From Pirellulales bacterium (GTDB lineage Bacteria; Planctomycetota; Planctomycetia; Pirellulales; JAICIG01): a stretch of DNA of 64,000 nt. The DNA lies in assembly GCA_040901675.1 (NCBI GenBank), contig JBBDYJ010000028.1, forward strand, positions 53,525 to 117,524. The letters run 5' to 3'. The notes below the pieces were generated by a model that did not search any database, was not told the origin of the DNA, and was given only the letters and a program-made list of their open reading frames with translations. The position numbers and the translations under genes were made by a program. Shown here one piece after another: positions 9,276-18,641 of this stretch; positions within the stretch are counted from its first letter, which is position 1, and the number at the start of each line of letters is the position of its first letter.

Positions 9276-9420
9276 TACGTGTCAAGCTGAATTGAGCTTC
9301 GCGAAGGGCATCGGCCGAGTAGGCCCGATTCTCCGACCTCAGCCTGTCGCTGCCTGGCACAGAGGGCACGGATTGTCGCCGGTAGCCCCTGAACGCCGCA
9401 GTGAAAAAGTTCTAACGGTG

Positions 9421-9437
9421 TCCTGTCGCCCCGACTT
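9421..9437 (+). mobile_element. att-like copy of the tRNA-Pro 3' end
   Basis: tcctgtcgccccgactt vs tRNA 746-762 tcctgtcaccccgactt, 16/17 identical; followed by hairpin agcccttcg...cgagggct. Confidence 0.65.
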
Positions 9438-9622
9438 TTTCAGAAACGAGCCCTTCGGTCGGCAGGTCGAGGGCTGTCGTAGCCAATCCCCGTCATTGTT
9501 TGATTCATGAGTTGCTCTGCTCTGCGAGCATCCCCGGCGAGGAACGTCGCCCCCAAGAATTGAAATCGCGAACTTCTTCATATCATTTTCTGAAGTTCAA
9601 ATTCGCAAAGCTCCCCTTCCAC

Positions 9623-9668
9623 TTGACAGGGCTACTTGTTGTAGCCACAATGGCTACATTAAGTAGCC
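9623..9668 (+). promoter_or_regulatory. blaI-type promoter with two operator palindromes
   Basis: TTGACA(9623)-17bp-CACAAT; GGCTAC-N5-GTAGCC at 9630-9646 and 9652-9668. Confidence 0.8.
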
Positions 9669-9691
9669 GTTGGCCGAAACAGGAGCCGATC

Positions 9692-10102
9692 ATGGCCGCC
9701 AAGCGTCCAGAGTTGCGCAGTTTGTCGCAGTCGCAGCGGGAGATCATGGAAATCGTTTGGGACCGAGGCGAGGTGTCGGCTAACGACGTCCGCGAAATCC
9801 TCTCCGCAAAACGCGATTTAGCAAAGAACACCGTCCGCACCCTGCTCGATCGGATGGAAGTCAAGGGCTGGTTAAAGCACCGTGAGAATGGGCGAACGTA
9901 CCTCTACACAGCCGCCGAGCCGCGCGAAGCGTCCATCGGACAAAAGGTACTTGAAGTCGTCGAGCACGTTTGCGGCGGATCGCCGGAAACGCTGGTCACC
10001 GCCCTGCTCGACTACCGTGGGCTGCGCCCAGACGAGCTGAGGAGGATTCGACAGCTCCTCGATCAGGCCCAGGCCGGCAAAGGTCGGAAAGGGGGTGCGT
10101 GA
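9692..10102 (+). CDS. BlaI/MecI/CopY family repressor
   Basis: LSQSQREIMEIVWDRGEVS...TVRTLLDRMEVKGWL; AGGAG RBS. Confidence 0.93.
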   Translation: MAAKRPELRSLSQSQREIMEIVWDRGEVSANDVREILSAKRDLAKNTVRTLLDRMEVKGWLKHRENGRTYLYTAAEPREASIGQKVLEVVEHVCGGSPETLVTALLDYRGLRPDELRRIRQLLDQAQAGKGRKGGA

Positions 10103-13100
10103 TGTCCACGTTGGTCCGCTTCTACCCGGGGGACCGGGGCCTCGATTTCTTGTTGGTAGTGACTCTGGGGGTGGCGCTCGCGTCGAGCGCGGCCTGGTTC
10201 ATCTCACGGCGACTGGCCGGCAAGGCGGCGCTGCGGCATCTCGTCCTGTTTTCTGCGCTGATCGGTTGCCTGGCGTCCCCCGCAGTGGCCTGGGTCTGCG
10301 TCACGGCGAGCCTGACGCTGGTTTCCATTCCCCTTCTGCCCGCGGAACCGGGCAAGAAGGCCTCCGGAGTCGCTCAAATTAGCACCGGTCCGGCTTGGAC
10401 GCCGCCACGACGTTCGACCGATCCGCCTCCCGTCGCCGCGGAGCTGCCTTCGCCGCAGACGAATACGACGACTGAGCAGAGCGCAAATGCCGCGGCCGCC
10501 CGCGCAGCGGATCAAAGCCCTGCGAGGCCAACGCCGGCCGAGTCAGAGGTTCAGCCCAGCGGTAGCGCGGCGACAACGCTTCTGTCGTTCCGCGGAATCG
10601 CCACCGGGGCGATGTTTGTCTGGGCAGCCGGCACTTTGCTGATGTTGGCGCGTCTGGCGCGGAACTGTGGGCGCGTCGTGCAGCTTCGCCGCTCGTCGCG
10701 TCCGGTACAGGACGAGCGCCATAACGCTCTATTGCAGGAGGTCGCGGGCCGGCTAGGGACGCGCCAGGTTCCACCGCTGCTCGTATCGAACGGCACGGTC
10801 GCGCCGCTGGCGGTCGGTTTCGGGCGACCCGCGATCATCGTGCCCGAACGACTGCTCGCGGCGGTCAGCAACGACGAGCTGCGGGACATCCTGATGCACG
10901 AGGTGGCGCACCTGGGGCGGGGCGACCAGCGGATCGTGCTGCTGCAAGAGCTGGCCGGGGCGCTGTACTGGCCGATCGTGTCGGTCCACGGTCTCAATCG
11001 CGAGTTGCGGCGGGCGCGCGAAGAGCTTTGCGACAACGTGGTGCTCGCCAGTCGCGACGCGATTCGCTACGGCGAGACCCTGTTGCACGTCGCCCAGTTG
11101 TTGGTTCAGGCCCGCCCGATGGACGCCGCGGTCGGCATCTTCGGCGGACAGGGTGAGTTGGAACGGCGCATTTCGGGACTGATCGATCCGAGGAGAAATA
11201 CCATGACAACAACCAGCCGAAAGGCAGCGTGCGTTGTGATCTTCCTGTTCATCGCCGGCGGCCTGCTCGCGTCGGAAACGCGGTTCGCTTCGGCCCAGGC
11301 CGACCCCGCGGCCCAGGCCGGCCCCGCGGCACAAGCGGCGCCTCCAGACCAGAAGACCCCAGCCGCTGTAGACACCGACGACTTGAAGCGCGCCGGACAT
11401 TTCAGCGGGCGAGTGACCGGTCCCGACCGCAAGCCTGTCCAAGGCGCCCGGGTGTTCCTCGTTCCCTACAGCATCTACTCAAGCCCAGAGTTTCCGGAGA
11501 GTAGCACGGTCCTGCTGAACCGGATCAAGACGGTCGGTCCGGTCCGCGCCCGAACGGACGCCGACGGCCGCTTTGCGCTCGACGCGCCCGACATGACCTA
11601 CACGACTATCGATGGCCTTCTTGCCCGGCGACAGGGGCTCTTGATCGCAACGGCCGAGGGCCTCGCGCCAGACTGGATTGGATCGCATCGGGATCCGCTC
11701 AAGGGGGCCGAGCTGAACCTGCATCTCGCCACCGCCGATGTGCCGATCCACGGGCGCTTCCTCGGCCCCGACGGCCGACCTGTCGCGGACGCCCGCGTTC
11801 GCCTGACCCGGCTCATGATCCCGCGGAGGCGAGACCTCGACACTTATCTCGCCTACGTGACGAATGAGAACAGCGCCGTCATGAATGGGCCAAGTTACGA
11901 ACGCTCGCTCTCCCGGCCGGACCTGGTTCCGGGGCTGATTACCGACACGCGGACCGACGCCGACGGGCGATTCACGTTGTCGGGACTCGGCCGCGACCGC
12001 CTCGCCGAACTGGCGGTGTCGGCGCCCAGCGTCGTCGATACCAGCCTCACGGTCATGACCCGCAATGTGCCCGACGTCGGGACTCACCGTTTCAATGGAG
12101 AACCCAGGGAGGTCACCTACGGCGCCGGCTTCACGCTCCAACTGAAACCAGGCCGGACGATCAAGGGCCGCGTGATCGACCGCGGCTCGGGTGAGCCGAT
12201 CGCGGGCATGTGGGTGGGACCGGTCCAGGATTACCGCGCCGGCGTCTCTTCCCGCTTGTATCCCTGGGTCACGGACAAGGAAGGCCGCTTCACGATCACG
12301 GGGCTGCCTCCCAAACTGGAGCAGGAGGTTGTCATGGCGGTTGCCCCGCCCGGGGTGCCTTACCAGATGGCAGGCGAGTCGATCGTCGGCAAAAAGGAAG
12401 TGGAGATCAGGTGCCCGCGCGGCATCCCATCTCGATTGAAGGTTGTTGACGAGCAGGGAAGACCCGTCGAGGCGGAGGTCACCTACATTGATGTGCACCC
12501 AAATCCGCACGTCGAGATGCTGATCCCTCGGCCCGCAAGTCAATATCGCTGGCCCAACGCCCCGGCCGCGCGAAGAGCCCACGGGACCTACGAGGGGTTT
12601 GTTCTGCCGGGACCGGGCGCCGTGCTGGTGAACACGCCGCGAAGCGCCGGCTACCGCCGGGCCCACGTCGATCCCAAGGCCTTCTTCGCTCCTGGCCGGA
12701 CGAATTGGACGAAGGACCAGGAGTGGGCCTACGGTACGGACGACACGCTGACAATATTGAACGAGAACGGGCGGATCGATCAGACCGACTACGAGGCGAT
12801 CGTCCTGGTCAACCCCGCACCGAGTTCGGGGCCGGTCGAGCTGTCGGCCACCGTCGTCAAGGACCGGCCGCGGCAGGTAAACTTTATCGACCCGAATGGA
12901 AATCCCGTCCACAACGTCGAGTGGACTCCTTATGGATCACGCTACCACGCCCACTTGCTTCCCCTGAGGGGACTCCATCCGGACCGCGCGAGGCCCCTCA
13001 CGTACTGGCAGGAAGAGCGCCGCCTCATCGGCTTCCTGCTGGCGCGCGGCGACGGCGATTCACCCTACACCGTCCGCATGCAGCCCTGGGGCGCGGTCAC

Positions 13101-13455
13101 CGGACGGATCGTCGATTGGGAAGGCGAAGGCGTTCCCGGCTCAAGTATCTCGGTCCGAGGCAACCACCCCGCCGATGCGGACCGGCGCGTTGGCGCCAAA
13201 ACCGACGAGAAGGGACGATTCCAAATTGACAAGCTGATCCCCGGCCACCGCTACAGCGCCAAAGTCCATCGCGACAACCGCAACTTCGATGGCCGTCTCA
13301 TCCCGTTGTTTGCCGGAGTGGCATTCGAAGACCTTGAGCTGGGGCCCGGAGAGGTCCGCGACCTCGGCGAGATCCGCACCAGGCCGCCGGTCTATGAGGA
13401 GTTTCCGCTCATCTACGAGGAATATGAAGAACCAGGGACAAAACCGGAAGATTGA
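10102..13455 (+). CDS. BlaR1/M56 metallopeptidase with carboxypeptidase-regulatory-like beta-sandwich repeats
   Basis: TM segments, HEVAH (HExxH), EELCD, LERRI; repeated GRV..DG.PV.GA.V / TDADGRF motifs; TGATG coupling to blaI. Confidence 0.9.
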   Translation: MSTLVRFYPGDRGLDFLLVVTLGVALASSAAWFISRRLAGKAALRHLVLFSALIGCLASPAVAWVCVTASLTLVSIPLLPAEPGKKASGVAQISTGPAWTPPRRSTDPPPVAAELPSPQTNTTTEQSANAAAARAADQSPARPTPAESEVQPSGSAATTLLSFRGIATGAMFVWAAGTLLMLARLARNCGRVVQLRRSSRPVQDERHNALLQEVAGRLGTRQVPPLLVSNGTVAPLAVGFGRPAIIVPERLLAAVSNDELRDILMHEVAHLGRGDQRIVLLQELAGALYWPIVSVHGLNRELRRAREELCDNVVLASRDAIRYGETLLHVAQLLVQARPMDAAVGIFGGQGELERRISGLIDPRRNTMTTTSRKAACVVIFLFIAGGLLASETRFASAQADPAAQAGPAAQAAPPDQKTPAAVDTDDLKRAGHFSGRVTGPDRKPVQGARVFLVPYSIYSSPEFPESSTVLLNRIKTVGPVRARTDADGRFALDAPDMTYTTIDGLLARRQGLLIATAEGLAPDWIGSHRDPLKGAELNLHLATADVPIHGRFLGPDGRPVADARVRLTRLMIPRRRDLDTYLAYVTNENSAVMNGPSYERSLSRPDLVPGLITDTRTDADGRFTLSGLGRDRLAELAVSAPSVVDTSLTVMTRNVPDVGTHRFNGEPREVTYGAGFTLQLKPGRTIKGRVIDRGSGEPIAGMWVGPVQDYRAGVSSRLYPWVTDKEGRFTITGLPPKLEQEVVMAVAPPGVPYQMAGESIVGKKEVEIRCPRGIPSRLKVVDEQGRPVEAEVTYIDVHPNPHVEMLIPRPASQYRWPNAPAARRAHGTYEGFVLPGPGAVLVNTPRSAGYRRAHVDPKAFFAPGRTNWTKDQEWAYGTDDTLTILNENGRIDQTDYEAIVLVNPAPSSGPVELSATVVKDRPRQVNFIDPNGNPVHNVEWTPYGSRYHAHLLPLRGLHPDRARPLTYWQEERRLIGFLLARGDGDSPYTVRMQPWGAVTGRIVDWEGEGVPGSSISVRGNHPADADRRVGAKTDEKGRFQIDKLIPGHRYSAKVHRDNRNFDGRLIPLFAGVAFEDLELGPGEVRDLGEIRTRPPVYEEFPLIYEEYEEPGTKPED

Positions 13456-13602
13456 CCGCGCGATGTCCTTGGACCCGGCAATGTCCTCGACCCAACCGCC
13501 AATTCGCGCGACGCAATCGCCCGGAAGCCGTTCTCGGAGAAGAAAGTTTGACAACAGGAAACGTCCGGGTATTCTCTGTGTATTCTGGCGAGGAGTTTCA
13601 TC

Positions 13603-14022
13603 GTGACTGTGATACAGCAAGTGGCAATCTGCTTCACGGCGGGGGTTGTAGGCGCTCTCGCCGTGGTCCTCTTCAGCCACGCCCTGTTCGCCTTGGGGCT
13701 CAGCGAGAAACTCGGCGTAAAGCAGCCGATCTCATTCCAATCGCCCGATATCTACCGGCCGCTCTTCTGGGGCGGGCTGTGGGGTGTCCCGTTCGGGCTG
13801 TTGATCGAGGCCGCCTGGATGCACCTGTACCTGTTCGGCCTTCTCTACTTCCTCGCCCCGGTGTTGGCGCTCTTCCTGATTTTCCTGCCCAGGAGCGGGG
13901 CGGGGTTTTTCGGGCTCCGGCAGGGGGGGCCGATGTTTACGATCTACTTGCTGCTGGTCAATCTGCCGTTCGGGATCATCACCGCCCTGGTCGCAAGAGC
14001 GATCATCGGGGAGAAGCCATAA
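13603..14022 (+). CDS. Small hypothetical integral membrane protein
   Basis: About four hydrophobic segments; GAGGAG RBS; TTGACA-16bp-TATTCT upstream (~13548-13575). Confidence 0.75.
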   Translation: MTVIQQVAICFTAGVVGALAVVLFSHALFALGLSEKLGVKQPISFQSPDIYRPLFWGGLWGVPFGLLIEAAWMHLYLFGLLYFLAPVLALFLIFLPRSGAGFFGLRQGGPMFTIYLLLVNLPFGIITALVARAIIGEKP

Positions 14023-14120
14023 GCATCCGCGCGTGCGTCCAGCAGACCCGGGCGGCATCCCGGCGTTTCGTGGTATACTGGCCTCTCAACGGTCCCGGCC
14101 GCCGAGCGGGGTCGTTCGGC
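14018..14120 (+). mobile_element. Degenerate attC-like site D
   Basis: Follows the TAA of 13603..14022; cagcagacccgggcggc...ccggccgccgagcggggtc GTTCGGC resembles sites A and E; left core eroded. Confidence 0.55.
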
Positions 14121-14179
14121 GGCGGAGGGAACAGCTCGTCGAGGCAGCCGCGGCTGACGGAAGGCAAACAGGAGCAACC

Positions 14180-14312
14180 ATGGCGACCATGCGCATTGTG
14201 CAGGTCTCTCGCCCGAAGGGGCCCTTTGAGATCGTTGAACGGCCGATCCTGGAGCCGGGCGCAGGCTCCGTGCGGGTCAAGGTGGAAGCTTGCGGCATCT
14301 GCCACAGCGATG
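14180..14312 (+). pseudogene. Zn-dependent alcohol dehydrogenase N-terminal fragment
   Basis: MATMRIVQVSRPKGPFEIVERPILEPGAGSVRVKVEACGICHSD, then homology stops; AGGAG RBS. Confidence 0.8.
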
Positions 14313-14588
14313 ATAGCGGCCTTCCGAGCAGCGCTGCGAGTCCTACGGAGTTCACGCTCGGGCACAATGCCGCCGCACCGGTGACGCGACCTACCGATAC
14401 GAGAGTGCCGGCGGGGCCTTCGTTGCGGAGCTTCGAGAATACTGCAGGGTTCGTCATCGACTATCCCGACTTCTGGCAGATTGAGCGGGCGGGCCGAGAC
14501 TGACGCGGGCGGCGCTATGGCGTCTCGAACGGAGTCGATGAGCCGCGCTAACTAGGGGCTTGACGAGCGGGGCAGTCAGACCATAATT

Positions 14589-14915
14589 ATGGTCATGGCG
14601 AAAAAGCCCCCGTTCGCTCTCGTGTACGCTGACGAGGTGAAGGAGCACTTGCGGGCCATCGAAACCAAGTACCATTCTCTGATCCAATCGGAAATCGAGG
14701 GGCAACTGCTCTTCGAGCCCGAGCTGGAAACCCGCAATCGGAAGCCTTTGAAACGGCCGATATCCTTTGGGGCAGATTGGGAACTTCGCCTCGGACCAGA
14801 CAACCGCTTCCGCGTTTTCTACCAGGTCAACGCGGAGACGCATGAAGTGCGGGTTCTGGCAGTCGGCGTCAAAGACCGGAAACAACTGTTCATCGGGGGA
14901 GAGGAGTTTGACTGA
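14589..14915 (+). CDS. RelE/ParE-family toxin
   Basis: ETRNRKPLKRP...WELRLGPDNRFRVFYQV; TTGACG-16bp-CATAAT directly upstream (leaderless-like). Confidence 0.85.
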   Translation: MVMAKKPPFALVYADEVKEHLRAIETKYHSLIQSEIEGQLLFEPELETRNRKPLKRPISFGADWELRLGPDNRFRVFYQVNAETHEVRVLAVGVKDRKQLFIGGEEFD

Positions 14916-15226
14916 TGAAGATTGCCTCAGTTGCAGATGTCAAGGCGCACTTAAGCGCTTACCTGAAAGAGAGCCAAGAAGGGCCGGTGGTCGTCACCCG
15001 GAACGGCAAGGCGGTCGCCGTGTTGGTGGCGGTGACCGACGAGGACGAATTGGAACGGCTGGTGCTGGCCCACTCCCCCAAGTTCCAGGCGCTTCTCGAC
15101 AAGTCCCGCCGCCAGATTGAGGAAACGGAAGGCATTCCCCACGATGTTTTCTGGCGCAAGGTGAAAGCGGAAAGCCGCAAGAAGGCCGAGAAAGCCAAAC
15201 GCATACCGCGCCGATCGAAACGCTGA
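14915..15226 (+). CDS. Phd/YefM-family antitoxin
   Basis: MKIASVADVKAHLSAYLKESQEGPVVVTRNGKAVAVL; TGATG coupling. Confidence 0.9.
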   Translation: MKIASVADVKAHLSAYLKESQEGPVVVTRNGKAVAVLVAVTDEDELERLVLAHSPKFQALLDKSRRQIEETEGIPHDVFWRKVKAESRKKAEKAKRIPRRSKR

Positions 15227-15301
15227 AGCTGACCGGGGCCGCCATCCTGGTTCCGCGCGCCGTCGAGTCTTGCAGACCGCCCCGGCAGCTTAGCCGTAGG
15301 C
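15210..15301 (+). mobile_element. Degenerate attC-like site E
   Basis: gccgatc gaaacgctgaagctgaccggggccgccatcctggtt...ccccggcagcttagc cgtaggc; shares ggccgc.atcctggtt with site A. Confidence 0.6.
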
Positions 15302-15482
15302 GGACGACGAACTGCTCATGACGGCAGTTCTCTTCCTCGAGTCGCACGGAAACCGGACGAAGTACACTGCAATCGCCATGCACACGGACGAAGGGGAGCG
15401 CAAGAAGCACGAGGAGATGGGGTTCCACGAAGGCTGGGGGAAGGCTCTCGACCAGTTGGTTGCCGTCGCCAAGAAAATCTAG
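15302..15482 (+). pseudogene. SRPBCC/AHSA1 C-terminal fragment
   Basis: [22 protein letters not shown]...[17 protein letters not shown]; begins right after site E. Confidence 0.7.
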
Positions 15483-15541
15483 TTGAGCCTGGTTCTGTGG
15501 CTCACATGATACAAGACAAGGCTTTTCTCACAAAATCAAGG

Positions 15542-16678
15542 CTAGCCGGCCGCGGACACAAACCGCACGCAGTAGATCGGGGGCAGGTGTTCAGAGACGT
15601 TCAGCCACGAGTCGCCTTGGTCTTCCGTGACCCAGAGCGAACCGGTCGTGGTGCCGAAGGCGAGGCGGTCGCCCGACTCGTCGACGTCAAGGCCGTGACG
15701 GTAGGTGAGATCGTAGGCGTGTTCTTGCGGCAGGCCGTTGCGAAGGATTTCGTAGTTCCGGCCGCCGTCGCGCGTGCGGGCCACGACGACCTTGCCATCG
15801 GCCGGGAGGCGATGTTCGTCCTTGACGCCCGGCACGAACCACGCGGTGGCCGGCTCGCGCGGGTGCACCGCCACGGCGAAACCGAACGAAGTGGGCGACA
15901 AGCTCGTCAAATTCGACACGTCCTGCCACGAAGCGCAGCCGTCCGTCGTGCGGAAGATGCCATTGTGATGCTGGGCCCACAGGCAGTCGGGATCGGACGC
16001 GCACTGCACCACGCGGTGCACGTCTTGAACGTTGGGATTGTCCTTTTGTTCGGGCGGCATATAGGCCGCCCAAATGCCCCGGGCGCGGCAGTCCCAGGTC
16101 GCGCCGCCGTCGGCGGTGACCCACACGCCCCCGCACGATACCCCAATCGAGACGTGGCGGGAGTCGCGGGGGTCGACGCAAATCGAGTGGATGCCGGGCA
16201 AATCGGCGCCGCCGCCGAACCACTCTTTTCGCTTCGGATTGAACCACAGCGGCTCAACCATTTGCCAAGTCGCCCCGTGATCGGTCGATCGAAACAGCCC
16301 GCCCGGCAGCGTCCCGCACCAGAGCAGGCCCGGCTCGTTCAGCCCGCCGGCCTCCAGCGACCAGATGCGGTCCAGCTTCCATTCGAGCGGCTTGCCCCAC
16401 GTGTCCTTTTGGTCGTCGTCCGCGGGCTTCTCCGGATACGCGGGCACGCCCAGTTCCTGCCACGTCTCCCCCCCATCGCTCGAACGGCGGATCTTCGCCC
16501 CGAAGTGCCCAAGGTGCAGCGCCGCGTAAAGCGATCCGTCGCGCGAATCGGGCAACGTCATGATCACGTGCTCGGCGAGGAATGCCGTCCGCGCGATCGA
16601 CCACGGATTTCTGCCGCGCCCGCTTCGCTCGATGGTGAAAAGTCCCTTCCGAGTCGCCACAACAATGCGGTTACTCAT
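15542..16678 (-). CDS. BNR/Asp-box beta-propeller (sialidase-like) protein
   Basis: Repeated S/T-x-D-x-G-x-T/S-W boxes: SSDGGETW, STDHGATW, TADGGATW, TTDGCASW, TEDQGDSW. Confidence 0.88.
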   Translation of the reverse strand: MSNRIVVATRKGLFTIERSGRGRNPWSIARTAFLAEHVIMTLPDSRDGSLYAALHLGHFGAKIRRSSDGGETWQELGVPAYPEKPADDDQKDTWGKPLEWKLDRIWSLEAGGLNEPGLLWCGTLPGGLFRSTDHGATWQMVEPLWFNPKRKEWFGGGADLPGIHSICVDPRDSRHVSIGVSCGGVWVTADGGATWDCRARGIWAAYMPPEQKDNPNVQDVHRVVQCASDPDCLWAQHHNGIFRTTDGCASWQDVSNLTSLSPTSFGFAVAVHPREPATAWFVPGVKDEHRLPADGKVVVARTRDGGRNYEILRNGLPQEHAYDLTYRHGLDVDESGDRLAFGTTTGSLWVTEDQGDSWLNVSEHLPPIYCVRFVSAAG

Positions 16679-16767
16679 GTGCTGACTCCAATTGGTTTCG
16701 CAATGTGTGTTTGAGACTGGAAAACTGGCCGGTTAAGTCGCGTGGATGCACCCCATCGGCTGCGGCA

Positions 16768-17037
16768 TTATCCCCCGGAAAGGGCCTGCATCACGTACAC
16801 TTCGGCCTCCGCGGGCACCGGGTCGCTGAGCTTTTCGCGGTCGCGAATCATCTCGCCGTTTACAAACACGAGCATGTGTTTGCGGACGGCGCCGTGTTCG
16901 TCCAGCACATAGCCGCGGGCGCGGCCGTTGGCCGCGAAGGCCGCCTGAAGCACCTCGCGCACCGTGCCGCCCGTCACTTCGCACGGCGGACAAGCCACGT
17001 GCCGCTGAAGGTTGTCCGTAAACACGACTCGCGGCAC
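16768..17037 (-). CDS. MoaD/ThiS ubiquitin-like protein
   Basis: 89 aa beta-grasp ending in QALSGG; GTVREVL and VFVNG motifs. Confidence 0.88.
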   Translation of the reverse strand: MPRVVFTDNLQRHVACPPCEVTGGTVREVLQAAFAANGRARGYVLDEHGAVRKHMLVFVNGEMIRDREKLSDPVPAEAEVYVMQALSGG

Positions 17038-17135
17038 AGCAGCACCTCGCAACGATTGATTTTCCGATCGTCCTTCGACCCGCCTGTTACGATGTGACTC
17101 TCCAGCCGACAGCCGGACCGCAGGGCGGCAGGCAC

Positions 17136-18641
17136 TCAGCCGCGGCCGCCTTTCCAGATCGGCGAGCGAAGCCACTGGGCGCCCGCATCGACGCCCACGT
17201 AATCGAGCGCCAGGTCAGAATCCAGCTCGATCGCCCGGCGCAGATACTCAACGGCTTGCTTCAGGTGTTCTCCGCTCCCGCAGTTAATGAGGTAACGTGC
17301 CTTCAGGTACGCGTCGTAGGCCTCGGCCTTCACGGGCCGCGCCGACTCGAAATGCGCTTGCTCCTCCGGCATGAGCGCCACGTTGATCTGCTGGGCGACT
17401 GTCCGCGCCACGTCGCTTTGCAGAACCAGGATGTCCCGCACTTCCCCTTGATACGATTCAGCCCAGAGGTGCTCGTCGGTGTCGGCGCGGATCAGTTGGA
17501 CCGTGATCCGCACCCGGGAGCCGGCGAGCAGGACCGCGCCCTCCACGATCGCGTCCGCCGCCAACTCGCGGGCGATCGGACGCAGCGGCTTGCATGCGTC
17601 CTTGAACTGCATCACCGTCGTTCGCGACACGACGCGCAAGGTGCGAATCTTGGCCAGGTCGGCGATCAGGGCTTCCGTCATGCCGTCAACAATGTACTCC
17701 GTTTCTGCCTTGTTCGCCGAGAGGTTTTGTAAGGGCAGGACCGCAAGGCACGGCCGCTCGGGGAACCGCGGGAGGGCCGCGGGCAACCATCCCAACGCGG
17801 CCGCGGCCAATGTCCGCAGGGCAAGGGCCAGCTCGCCCGCCGTTTGAAAACGCCGCGCGGGCTGCTTGGCCAGACACTCGGCGACCAGCCGCTGCAGCTC
17901 GATTGGAAATCGCGCGCCCGACTCGTCGATCTCCGCTGGTTCATCACGGAGGACCGCGGCCATGATCTCGGCGGCATTATCGCCGGGAAAGGCGCAGCGG
18001 CCGGTCGCCATCTCGTAGAGCACCGAGCCCAATGAGAATACATCGCCGCGCCCGTCCGGAATCTCGCCGCGGACTTGCTCGGGGGACATGTAGCGGGCCG
18101 TGCCCATGACCCGGCCGGTCTCCGTTAAGTATGCCGCCGTCGCTGCCTCCGGCGGCGCGGCGCCGGCGAACCGGGCCAGGCCGAAATCGAGAATCTTGAC
18201 CTGCCCGCTCGACGATAGAAAGATGTTTGCCGGCTTCAGATCACGGTGAACGATTCCCCGCGCGTGGGCGGCGGCCAATCCCTCCGCTGCCGCGATCGCG
18301 ATCCGGAGTGCCTCGCCCAGCGCCAGCGCGCCGCGCTTCAATCGATCGAGCAGGGTCTCGCCCTCCAGCAATTCCATGACGGCGAAAGAGATGCCCGCGT
18401 CCGTCCCGACGTCAAAGATGGCCACCAGGTTGGGATGCGAGAGCGCGGCCAGTGCCTTGGCCTCGCGCTCGAACCGCGCCAACCCCTCGGCCGTGCTTGC
18501 CAGGTTTTCCGGCAGCACCTTGACGGCCACCTCGCGTTCGAGCCGCGGATCCCTGGCCCGGTATACTTCCCCCATCCCTCCCGCCCCCAAAGGCGCAAGG
18601 ATCTGGTAGTGCGCGAGCGTCTCTCCAGCTTGAAGTCGCAT
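17136..18641 (-). CDS. Ser/Thr protein kinase with TolB-like domain; C-terminal TPR region apparently truncated
   Basis: GAGGMGEV, VAVK, HRDLKPAN, DFG, YMSPEQ; LAVLPLQNLS...DGMTEALI; ends after one TPR-like helix pair. Confidence 0.9.
   Translation of the reverse strand: MRLQAGETLAHYQILAPLGAGGMGEVYRARDPRLEREVAVKVLPENLASTAEGLARFEREAKALAALSHPNLVAIFDVGTDAGISFAVMELLEGETLLDRLKRGALALGEALRIAIAAAEGLAAAHARGIVHRDLKPANIFLSSSGQVKILDFGLARFAGAAPPEAATAAYLTETGRVMGTARYMSPEQVRGEIPDGRGDVFSLGSVLYEMATGRCAFPGDNAAEIMAAVLRDEPAEIDESGARFPIELQRLVAECLAKQPARRFQTAGELALALRTLAAAALGWLPAALPRFPERPCLAVLPLQNLSANKAETEYIVDGMTEALIADLAKIRTLRVVSRTTVMQFKDACKPLRPIARELAADAIVEGAVLLAGSRVRITVQLIRADTDEHLWAESYQGEVRDILVLQSDVARTVAQQINVALMPEEQAHFESARPVKAEAYDAYLKARYLINCGSGEHLKQAVEYLRRAIELDSDLALDYVGVDAGAQWLRSPIWKGGRG

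Noticed and set aside
9339..9581. ORF starting MKKFAI, like the DUF1579 gene at 21449
   Set aside because: Similarity is limited to ~20 nt and the ORF runs across the att-like site; coincidence or an uninformative remnant.
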